Shown: positions 51,501 through 62,409 of the stretch, piece by piece | Numbering within the stretch: position 1 is the stretch's first letter | How the letters are laid out: the number at the start of each line of letters is the position of its first letter | Source of the DNA: Catajapyx aquilonaris | Lineage: Eukaryota | Assembly (NCBI GenBank): GCA_000934665.2 | Contig: JYFJ02001931.1 | Coordinates: 1-64,000 of the forward strand | Reading direction: 5' to 3' | Length of the DNA stretch: 64,000 nt | Notes under the pieces: generated by a model | The model's database searches: none | Told to the model about the DNA's origin: nothing | Seen by the model: only the letters and a program-made list of their open reading frames with translations | Program-made: the position numbers and the translations under genes

Positions 51501-53530
51501 ATTTGCACGCCTGCCGCATCGGAAAATGTCACTAGCAGTATGACGGAATTAATGTCCTGCATTGTACCTTACAGCATGTTACAAAATGCTACTGAGATAA
51601 TTATGTACACATTATTTTTCTTTTTAATGTATAGTGACAGTGACTTCAGTTCCACTTACGGAAACGAAAACGATACAGCATATGCTGACAGCTACGAGGC
51701 AAGTGCATCCGCAGAAGATATCGCATACGATCATAATCTAACCAATAAGATCAGAAGGGTCAATGGAGCAGGACCAATAATGGGGCTTACTGTCCTGCTC
51801 AACCCTGATTCGCAGTATTATTTCTATCCGCCAATTGCAGTAACTGGATTCAAGGTCAGTACAACATAATTATGTTCTCAGTAATACCGGTATGGTGGGT
51901 AAGTAGGGGAAGTCTTTGGATGTCCTTTACTCGTATTATGGCTTGCTCTCTGATAACTTCCGCTCACAATGCAATAGATGAATCTTCGAATATTGACTGT
52001 GAACCGTTGTGATCACCTTTAAGTGGCACTGTCTTAGTTAGTGCCTGCTAAGACTTGTGTGCCTTGTGTTTCAGGTTCTGATCCACCACCCTATGGATTT
52101 TCCAAGTGTGTCATCTAAGTCATTTCTGGTGTCGGCGGGTCGTGAAGTCTTTGCCGCCGTGACCCCGACGCAAACATACAGTACTGACCAAGTCAAGGAA
52201 ATTCCAAGAAACAAACGAGATTGTTACTTAGAGCATGACTTGGCTCTCAAGTATTACACGGCGTACAGCTACAGAAACTGTCTGCTCGAATGCCAGATTG
52301 CATCCATGAAGAGGAACTGCCAATGCGTGCCATATCTGTTCTCCCTACTAAGTACGTTTGAAATAAGGTCTGGTTGAATCAACTCAAATTAGTGAGAAAA
52401 ATCAGCTTATGCATATACCTTAGGTAGTAGGTCACAATGTGCATATAACCAGCCCATCACAGAAGGGTAGTGGCTGACACGTCTAGGTATCGATGTTGCT
52501 AGCTAAAATTCACATTTGGTAACACATTGTGTGTATGTACCTACATTACAATCATATCAAGACATGAAATGCTGAATGATCAGGCAGATTTTGATGTAAG
52601 TTGAGTTATGAATTGTAGAATGTCAGCCTATTTGCTAGGACTACTAAATATTTCTGTAGAAAGTACAGTACGTAGCTACCTGTGCATGTTCGGAGATTTT
52701 TCATCATTTGTTGGATACAACGGGCCCTTACAGAGATAATAATATGTTATTTTATCCTATATCTTCAGATAATACAAAAGTGTGCAACTACAGCGGCGTG
52801 CTCTGCATCAACAGGAATATGAGTAAGAGTCATTTTTGAAAAATTGCTATTCCCAAACTAACGTCTAAATTTCCAGGAAGATTTTCTTCAATCCAACCAA
52901 AATCGCCTGTACTTGGATTGAACACGAGCGTGAAGTCTATGAAGGGTTGTAAATGCAAGTCAAGTTGCGATGAAACTACATATTTTACTGAAGTGACAAC
53001 AGCGCTATACCCAAACAAACCCGACGAAATTCAGCTGCCTCCCGATGTAGAGGATGTTAATACGTAAGAACATATTAAAATACTGTACTACACTCATATC
53101 AAAAAATGTTTCACCTTACTAGAGTTGTGTTGGTTGTATAACGTCAGAATACGTTTGTCCGAAGCTATCAACATGGGGTTACTTACAGATGAGCACTCTT
53201 TTTCTTACACTTTCAGGTACGAGTTGGTACTCATGAGAGTATTTTTCAAAGATATGTCCTTTATTACATATCGTCGAGATCTTTACTACAAATGGACAGA
53301 TGTCATTTGTAAGTGTAGCAGTTTTTAAGGGTCGTAAACACTACATGTGTCAGATTTCAACAAGGATCATCTGTTGGATATATCACATAATAACTACATT
53401 CTTTTCAGCTGCATTTGGTGGAGTAGTCAATCTCTTCATCGGATTCAGTTTCATCAGTGTGGCGGAACTGATCTACTTTTTTATTGTGAGACCTTTGTTT
53501 CGTCGACTTATGGCTAAGCGATTTCCATAG
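45533..53530 (+). CDS. Pickpocket-like DEG/ENaC subunit, array gene 4 (~577 aa)
   Basis: Exons 45533-45798, 48777-48986, 49860-50013, 51127-51278, 51635-51854, 52075-52351, 52769-52822, 52877-53063, 53217-53308, 53409-53530 sum to 1734 nt in frame. Motifs: YCANSTLHGVKYI, VPFPGVTICN, TDEGFCWGFN, TM2 SAFGGVVNLFIGFSFISVAELIY. Confidence 0.93.
45955..46081. mobile_element. Hairpin MITE with 3-bp TSD TCA (PIF/Harbinger-like)
   Basis: tca|tgcctggttgcaccaacaaaattaccggtccgatagctc ... gagctatcggaccggtaattttgttggtgcaaccaggca|tca. Confidence 0.8.
46875..48457. mobile_element. Foldback/MITE family D, full copy with nested Tc1/mariner-type MITE (47025-47459)
   Basis: Long inverted arms (ccatggaaattcatcgc..ttccttaggtcactcg vs cgagtgccctaaggaacatggaaatagcgatgaatttcc); ends catagtg|ta. 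Lies in intron 1 of gene 4. Confidence 0.75.
47025..47459. mobile_element. Tc1/mariner-type MITE, TA-flanked
   Basis: ta|cagggtgttcatgaaaaacaccgac ... gtcggtgtttttcatgaacaccctg|ta; near-identical inverted copy at 55061-55496. Confidence 0.88.
49276..49587. mobile_element. Small TIR element with GCCATAT target duplication (hAT-like)
   Basis: gccatat|cagggtaggatcca ... tggatccgtccctg|gccatat. Confidence 0.6.
50660..50902 (+). mobile_element. tRNA-derived SINE (family shared with 6912-7162)
   Basis: ggggaggtgtagatggccgagatggtaacgtctcggcttgctgagtgaaagaccccaggttcgatccc followed by the conserved body. Confidence 0.82.
51309..51564. mobile_element. TA-flanked hairpin MITE filling most of intron 4 of gene 4
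   Basis: ~95-bp imperfect inverted arms: gacattttctgatgcggcagaagtgcaaatcgaagtg..gtgcgagtaaga vs tcttactcgcac..cacttcgatttgcac..gccgcatcggaaaatgtc. Confidence 0.7.
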
Positions 53531-53819
53531 CACAATGTTATTCAACAACAGCTGTAGACGGAGTCAGTGTATACAGTAATCTTATTATTCACATTGGATG
53601 CAATCTCGTATGAGACTATGTTTGTGATTTTCGACCTGGTGCACAAAATGACAGTGTGACATCATAATATCTTGTCCACACCAAAAACACAAAAATTATG
53701 AATTATGAAAATGAAATGAAAAATTGGGATATCTCTTTTAGCTAGCGATTTTCAAGAGATTTTTCGCATTTAGCTTATTAATAATTCATCAAGCAGCAAT
53801 ATTTTGGATTATCTTAATA

Positions 53820-54205
53820 CAGGGTCATTGAAAAAGAACGTCCCAATTAAAAAACCCTATAAGTCGAAAACTTTTAGATATATCTATATTATTTAAATTT
53901 TGAAATGCTAAGAAATGTCTAAAGTTTGCGTCTCACCTTAGTTTGTTTCGATGAGCTTCATTTGTTGCTCGCAGATTAAAAAGATGGTATTCGGTCTCGA
54001 GCCAAACCCGCACAATCATATTTGGAGTTACCGTTGCGATCCTATCCCGTAGGTGCTGGAATATGACTGGTCTTTACACCACACACATTGTTCTTGATGA
54101 TGCACATAAAAAGTCGACTCATCCATGAAACAAACATGCCGCATAGGAAAGCTTAATTTGTTCAGCATCCTAGTGTGCGAAGTCTTGAATGAGAAGTTTC
54201 CCAAT
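53820..54205 (-). mobile_element. Tc1/mariner-derived non-autonomous remnant
   Basis: ta|cagggtcattgaaaaag terminus; homologous to 12235-12633 in the opposite orientation. Confidence 0.7.
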
Positions 54206-54917
54206 GCCTAGCAGCCCCAGAAGCCCAGCTCTTACCCGCGATTGACTTTTTTGTCGTACATGAATGGTGGAAATATCCGGCAGATCCAGCACACACGGGA
54301 TAAGATTTCAACGGTAACAATATTAGCTGCTGTTATTAGGTAAAATAGGCACATAATTTTAAAGCAATGAGGGATAATCTGGCATGAAAGAAATGGAATC
54401 AGATATTTTCCTCGGATGATAACGGGTCAAATGGATCATTTTCACTTGCAATATATCAGGTTGGGAAAGAATCGAAATAAATTAGCTATACTCTCTGGAA
54501 AACATCTATTTTGCTTGGGCTGCTACGATTTTTGGTTCACAAACACATGATAGTACCTAGGAGAAAAGTGAAAGACAAACGGAAAACTGTTTCTGAGATA
54601 GAACAAAGGGCTGCGAATTAAAATTTTTCATGATTCAAATGGCCACATAAGGCGGTATTAATATGCAATAATTACTAGTACCGTATTTCAATTATTATGG
54701 CTTGGTAGATGACAACGTATCACACTACTACGTTACCATGCACCGCAGACTTTAAAAAGTTGTAGAATGTATGTATCATACAGTACCGATCGGAGACTTG
54801 TGTAGCTAAAAAATAAATTTTTTGTTAAACCTGTAACCAGCATGTCCTTTCTTTCTTTATCCTTAATAAAATCCACTCTAGCCTGAAGGTTGTATAAGCA
54901 GTCAAACATGGGCCAAG

Positions 54918-54970
54918 GCAACAGCAGCAGCAGCAGCAGCAGCAACAACAACAACAACAATAATAATAAT
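54918..54970. repeat. Compound (CAG)n(CAA)n(TAA)n microsatellite
   Basis: Seen directly; lies between genes 4 and 5. Confidence 0.9.
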
Positions 54971-55060
54971 GCCTAAATTTTGTGTCACGATGTACGTACT
55001 TGCATCGAGACTTGCATGGTATCAGTAGGTCTACCGTATGGAAAAGCAAAGTTATATATA

Positions 55061-55496
55061 CAGGGTGTTCATGAAAAACACCGACAAACTGATAACCAGT
55101 GGCCAATGATAATGTGGGGGTCATTTTATGTAGAGGAGTCATTATGTCTACACCGCCTCATTACTGAGATAATTGACTCGTTGCTGATTAGCAATTTTTG
55201 CCTAATCGCTCCTTCTGACTTTTAAATAGAATTTACAGGTGTAACTAGCCATAGACGCCTTACCACCTGTGGGCAACAAACCAACAAAGTTCGGCCCCCA
55301 GACCTTCCAGACCCTTCTGACTGGGGAAGGGTTCGTTGGGTGGCCTAACTTCCAGGATATTTTATTCTACCTGTTTGAAGGCAATTTGCGCGGTAATGAG
55401 GCGGCCCAGGAATAATCACTCCTCTACATAATGTGATCGTCTGGTCCCTAGGTCGGAGGTGATATAGATGTGTCGGTGTTTTTCATGAACACCCTG
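55061..55496. mobile_element. Tc1/mariner-type MITE, TA-flanked (same family as 47025-47459)
   Basis: Same TIRs and internal sequence as 47025-47459 in the opposite orientation. Confidence 0.88.
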
Positions 55497-56572
55497 TATA
55501 TTATAATTGTATACTGTATACACAGTATACTGTATATTATAGCCTACTGAATCAACCCGTTCATTGTCATTCCAAATATTCCAACATGTAGCCTGATTTG
55601 AAGTAAATAAATGTCTAAATATGATCCCCTTTCTGTAGAAAATTCGATAATAGGGGCTAACTGTAGGAATTCATTTTTTTAAGGACATGACTGTACGTAT
55701 ACTGCGTACTCGCGTTGTCTGTGGAAAAATATTAATAGCGCTGGCTATGATTTTGTGAGGAAATCTTATACATTCCTGTTATTATGAGATATGGAGAATC
55801 ACAGTGGCATGACAAAGCATTTCTAAGAATTTGGTAGCCTAATTCAGAGGGCGTGTACATTATAATGAAATGACGAGAGACCCCTCCTACTTATTCGTTC
55901 TAAGAAATACCCCCCATACAGTATAACAGGAATCGATTGATCGTCAACCTTGGATCAGGTGAACATGCCGATAGTCCTCCGAATTACGAGCTACAAGCGC
56001 TGAATGGCGAGAACTGTGGATATTCCATTGACATCACATGCTGTATAATAATAAAGACAGCATATGATGTAATAGAAATAGATTTGACAGCTGAGAATGT
56101 ACAGCGCTGGACAAAACTGTCTTGTGTCCCAGAAAACAGCGCTCCCAGTCAGGACAAGGTGGAAGCATATTTGAACGACCTCTTGGGCACTTCTTGCGGG
56201 GGGTACACAAGGTTATTGTTTCCAATAGTGTACTTGACCATTATTCTGCTAAAGCGCACGCTATTGCAGTAACCTATGATCTTTTTTTAGACGGTTACTC
56301 TATAGAGATGTGTCCCAAGTGGCATTGCGCATTTCATTAGAAGTCCCATGCATCCTCGTTCACACCCCTCGAGACGGTTACATCAATGCCATTGCTACGA
56401 AGCTTGTCCTTACTGATTCTTGTAACACGCAATAATAACACGTGATGGGAGTGATAACAAGAAACCGGTTTCCCCTCTGCCTTTCATTCCGATTATTAGA
56501 AAGAAGTGTGTCTTGCTCACGTAACATGCCACAATAAAATCGCACTCTATCAGAGAGTGATCGGAGACAAGT

Positions 56573-59500
56573 ATGCCTGCCATCATGCAGAGCAGACGTC
56601 CCGAGAATATCGCCATAAGGGACAAGATATCGGTGATAAAACCAAGTTGGCCGCAGTATTCGTGGGAGAAAGAATTGGCGGCTTCTGTTTGGGAGAATCA
56701 CCCCAAATATGCCAAGCAGGAACCAACCCAGATCGAGAGATCGGGGCCAGTAGGGGCTGTCAAGGATTACTGCGAAAATTCTACCCTTCATGGAGTTAAG
56801 TACATCGCTGCTGATGACGTCTTCCTTTTCGAGAGGTAAGAATTCTATTGTTCACGTGGATTAAAATGAGACATGTACAATGGGGCTAAAATTGTTTTGG
56901 CCACTTTATCCTGGTCTTGAAGCAACCCTTCGCACAGGCCCCACGGTGAGCAAGTGTGTCTGTGTGAAGGGTTGCTTCAAGACCAGGATAAAGTGGCCAA
57001 AACAATTTGAGCCCCATAGTACGTACAATGTTACTTTATAATCTGACATAGTTATAAACCAAATACCGTACTCCAAAATCAAGATAATTATTTTTACCTA
57101 CCAAACAGGGAAAATTAAAATACTGTGATAGAAATATTCGACATTACTGGTATCATTACTCACTGTAAATGAAATCATAATAGTTCCGTATATACGTGAT
57201 TCCGTAACTATTGTAGGGTCAGATATTAAAGATTCAAAATAAAAGATGTTTGCGCCACTAATATTATACGAACGTAGGGGTCTGGTCCTTTCTGCCTCAA
57301 GGCATGAATCATCAGTTTTACATCATACATCTGGTCAAATCGCTTTTGACACATAAGTTAATATAGCCTACGTTACATTACTTTGTTTAAATTTATGAGA
57401 GGATAGGACTATTGCATGTATTTCACTAACAGTAAGATCAATACATCTGTAATTCTATATTGTGATGGTCAAAATCACGATAACAATAGGACTTTTTGAA
57501 ATGTTGGTCCGGAAGGGTTTTAATATTTCTTCCCCAAGTGGGAGACAAGTTGATTGGTGCCTGATACACGCTAGTATTCTTGATTAGCATACTAGATCCT
57601 TTATGCAAAGATAGTTTGCTGGATTACAATGATGTTTCTCGTGTGTTACCGTTTGGTACAACAAGTAATGTAAGGATGTTATCATGGCCTCGTAATCTTT
57701 CCATTCAGTATCATACATAGTTTGGACAAAGACGCTTAAATTTTTGGACCCTTATCCAAGCCGATCCAAGTCCTAATATTAAAAGGTTGTCAATAGAAGA
57801 TCCGTGCGTGACCAAAAGGTTTGAAGTTGAGCTTCCAGTTATATTTTGTTGTTGTTGAAGATTTTATACACAGCATATGGCAGTCAGTTATATTTTAAAG
57901 TGTGCGTTAATATTTTAATTACCCTGAAAGATATTTAAATTACTCAGGGCAGACTGAGGGTCGGTTGCATGAACATGAGTTATGGTTAAACCTGGAGTTA
58001 GCACTTTTTCATCTGCCAAAACGATGCGGGTGGTAGTGGTGCATATGGAAGAGGCATGGCATGGGTTCGAAAAACCGGCGACGATCCTTTTTGGAGACGT
58101 CGACCTTTGACACCGACGATGTCTATCCTAACATGGATGGATACCCCCTTGCATGGAGCCTGCATTGCTGATTGCCGGTCAAGGCCGGTTGAGCAATTGT
58201 TTGAGAGTGCCAGCGCCTGCCTCGGCAACCATCAGTGCAGGAATGCACAGGGGTATTCACACTAGTCAGGATGGACACGTCGATGTAAAAGTTCGTCGTT
58301 GACCTTTCGGTCACATGCCATGCTTCTCCCATATGCATCGCCTACTATCCGTATCATTTTGGAAGATTAATTCATCAAGTACACTACAGCCTACATAATA
58401 TTGGGAACGTTGATCGGGGCGCACAAGTCAAATACGCTCGTAACTTCTGATGTTTGCGTTAACTAAAATGACCCAGATACTTGGAACACACTGTGTACGA
58501 GCTACAGAGTAACCCGCAACTAATGTTCATACAAGTGACCCTTAGTGATACGTTATTAGTTTAAGAAGCTGGGAAATATTTTCCAGCCTTATAGGAAGTA
58601 ATTTGAAGAAATCTATCACATTACCGGTACCTGGAGCTTCTTAGTAAATGCGACCTGGACTTTTCCGAGGTCGTCTAAGACTCTAAGTGACTTTCGAGAT
58701 TACGATTGCGTCAAATTATGTACAGTATACACTGGCATTTTTGCCGGGAGTTTACCTCTGATCAACTTTTACCAAGCTGTTCCTATTGCTATTGATCCTT
58801 TCTTGATACTATCAGTTATACTCCCTTTTAAAATACTCCCTCCGAAGAAAACATTACTTCCAAGTTAAAACTGCGTGTTCATAAAGAATTTATCAAAGGA
58901 TTTGAAATGCATATCCCACCTAAAACAACTCGACTTTGTTGGATCCATTGTCCGATTCTTTTGGGAAGAACAGACCTAGCCTGAGCGATACCCATTTTTT
59001 TTACAAGCCACCCTCTGATCAGTAAGGTGTCCATATTTTCTATACTTACTCTACATTCACACGGCCAGGATTTTGTGGTTCGGATGCTGTGTTGCGGCCT
59101 TAGTTGGAGCAGTTCTCTTCGTGCTTCCCGTGTTCAAGAGATACGTGGACTACAGGCTCATTACTTCTGTGGAGTCCACTAGCACTCCCATATGGGAAGT
59201 ACCTTTCCCAGGGGTCACCATCTGTAACATCAATAGAGTCATGAAAAATCTGGCAGAAGAAAAAGCACCAAAGTAAACAAAAAATGCGACAGTTTCTGTC
59301 ATTGTAGTATTGCATATATCATATTGTGTGACTAGCGTGACTAAACTATTTTGTATTTCAGTTGGACTAAGAAGCGATTTAATGCTAAGTCTAATAAGGA
59401 AGATTTTTACAGTGCACTTAAACTTCTGAGTGCGCTGGGACAAATGAAACTAAAAGCGAATGAAAGCGTTTCTAAGGGAGTGAAGAGTTTGATGAACTCG

Positions 59501-62409
59501 AGAGCACAAAACACAGATTACCTGATGCGAGAAGTAAGTAAACATGCCATAAGCTCTGCGCCTGCTAACACAACCGAAAAAAAACGTACGGTAACATGAG
59601 GTAATTCCAACAAGGGAAAATGGTAGCGTTTGTTCTAGTTTAAGAACCCAATTTTTTCACCATTAATTACCAAGTTCAGGTGTTGAATTACCTATCTGAA
59701 GTCAATGACACACTACATAATTATACTAATCATTCCCTATGATGTTTCATGCTGTTGGAATTGCCCCATATGGGGTAGTAATTAGTGCCTTGCTCATATC
59801 CTGCTCTCTATAGGCAACTATATACGGCTACGTGACGGGTTGTTTTGCTGCTGACAGCTATAATGTGGGTTGTTTCGTGTGTATACTCTATAGCAGAAGG
59901 CACACGTTCACTGTCACGTGGGTCGGTTGGTGCCTCGACATTATTTTCTCATCCACATTGTAGACTTCCTTTGGGCAAACGATTCACTGACCTACTAAAA
60001 ATGTCTCACTAGCAAGAAACACCCTGTCTATTAAAGGTCCATTATCTGGGTAACTATAGGATGCAGAGACAACATGACTCTATGTATAGAGTGATCCATT
60101 TGTTCTCAAAATTCACCCTGTAAAGGATGTCCTGCATGATCGACTTTGCAGCGGCCGATAAAAAGTTTTGGAAATTCTTCTTATAACAATATTGGATGAA
60201 ACTGAAATATTAAACTGAGTTTAAAAAAATATATATGTTCTTTGAGTAGTGAAAATCTAGGTTCGAAAGTTTAGATTGTGCAACTTTTTCGCATTTCAAA
60301 TGACCATAATTATAAACCTGCAAATTCTGGAGGGTTCCTAGAGACTGATGTTGCCATTTCAAATTAGAAAAATTTCAATTTCTCAACATGAGATCCCAGG
60401 TTTTAACTACTCAAAGAACACACACGTATTTAAAAACTGAGTTTCACTTTTTAATATATAATAACTTACAGTATTATTATAGGAACAACTTCTATTAAAA
60501 ATTATCGTGGGCCACTGCAAAATCGGACTTTGTCGGCATTATTTAGGGCCACCATACACTCCTAAAACATAGTAGTCATAATATTATACGACCCAAAAGT
60601 GGTCGAATTTGACAACGTCATTGGGTTTTATTTGCTCGGACCAAACGTTGGATCAAAATGACCAACAAGGGTGGGTCTACATACATAATAATTTTGTAGA
60701 CCTGCACCGCATGTTGATTCAAAATATTAATGATACTATTTCTAACTCTCAAGTATAGTGACTGAAATTAATATGCTGCTGCGCTTCATTTCAAGGTGAT
60801 TCAGCCCGTGGAAAGAATGGCACTCAAATGCATTTGGCTAGGTGAGACGATGAACTGCAGTGAATTGTTTGACATTAGACGTACGGATGAAGGGTTCTGC
60901 TGGGGATTCAACACTAAACCCATGCGGACACCGACCACAACAGAAGTGTAAGCATAATTTGAAGATTATTTTGTGCTAATTTATAGCATATGCCTGACGA
61001 TTATCAGGTTGTGACCTTCTCTTGAAGTTACAAAGTTATGATATCAATATAAAACCACTCTCACCTAAACCCCTACCCACTTACCTATACTGACGGCTTA
61101 TTTTAATTAGCCTACCTTAGCTTTACTTAAGCCTTCTTACTTAAATTTTAAATCAGTCAGATGACAAGTCGGTCACAAACATGCTGCGTTGTTACATACG
61201 TCTGCTTTTGTTTATCAAAAACATGCCAAGTCGAGCTAATAAAGCAAAGCAAGGATGGCCTACATGTATACCGATTCAAACTATGAAACATCATTTTAGT
61301 GATGTCATGTAAGCGAGGTATTGCATAAAACAGGACTTTAAAAATGTTCCTTTTATTCTGATAACACAGCGACGACTGGAGTTCAGCATATGTCGACACC
61401 AGCAATTCATCTAGTGACTACGTTGAAGAACCTGATGCAACACAAGAGGATGTCTCGATGGACCAAAATCTGACCAGCAAAATCAGAAGAGTCAACGGAG
61501 CTGGACCAATGATGGGACTCACCATCATGTTAAACCCCGATTCCCAGCAGTACTTCAATCCTCCAATGTCAGTCACTGGTTTCAAGGTAGAACATATTCA
61601 GTGTAAACTTACATCGAATAATTCTTTGGTACAGATCTATAGTGAAGCAGTGTTTTCCTAGAAATAAGTTTGTCAAAGGCATTGCAAGTGCACAAAATAA
61701 TGTGACGCCTGTGCTGATGCACCTTATTACTTATAGCGGCAGAGTAGTAATCATACTGACGCGAATAATTCATAACAAAGAGTTAATAATGGATGTAGAT
61801 TACACCGTGGGGGAGACATTCGGGAAGTACTTAAAAAGTCACGTAACAGCGATGTTTCAGCTGACGTAAAGAGTCGGATAGATTCACAGTGCGACGGACC
61901 TTTACATTCCACCAGTCAACTCCAACTATGCAGTCGGAACGGCGAAATCTGAGGGAAAACTATTCTAGCAACCTTGCCAAACAGTCAAAAGTTTCAGAAT
62001 CTCTTTGAAGGCTTTCTTTCAGCATTTATCTGCTGATTTTTTTTAAATTCGCGTATGACATTGACGCGATTTTATTTAAAAGCCACTCATGAAATCTTAA
62101 TAATGCTGAGGCTGACGTGGATTTTGTTTCAGGTAGTTGTGCATCATCCTTCAGATTTTCCCAGCATGTCAACCAAGTCGTTCCTGGTGTCGGCGGGTCG
62201 CGAGGTATTTGCTGCCGTGACCCCAACGTCTACATACAGCACTGATCAAGTCAAGGAGATTCCAAAAACTAAGCGTGACTGTTACCTAGAATTCGACAAG
62301 AGGCTCAAATACTACACGGCCTACAGCTATGGAAACTGCCTGCTGGAGTGCCAGATTGCGTCAATGAGGAGGAATTGCCATTGTGTGCCGTATCTCTTCG
62401 CACTCCTAA
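56573..62409 (+). CDS. Pickpocket-like DEG/ENaC subunit, array gene 5 (partial: exons 1-6, rest presumably beyond window); close paralog of gene 4
   Basis: Exons 56573(or next in-frame ATG)-56835, 59069-59272, 59362-59533, 60796-60947, 61370-61586, 62133-62409 are in frame. Motifs: YCENSTLHGVKYI, VPFPGVTICN, TDEGFCWGFNTKPM, GAGPMMGL, NCLLECQIASMRRNCHCVPY. Confidence 0.9.
56878..57019. mobile_element. MITE family B copy, TA-flanked
   Basis: ta|caatggggctaaaattgttttggccac ... gtggccaaaacaatttgagccccatag|ta, with ~55-bp TIRs. Confidence 0.85.

Noticed and set aside
57998..58338. GC-richer patch with overlapping short ORFs in intron 1 of gene 5
   Set aside because: No recognisable motif, termini or splice support; possibly an old TE fragment but unsupported.
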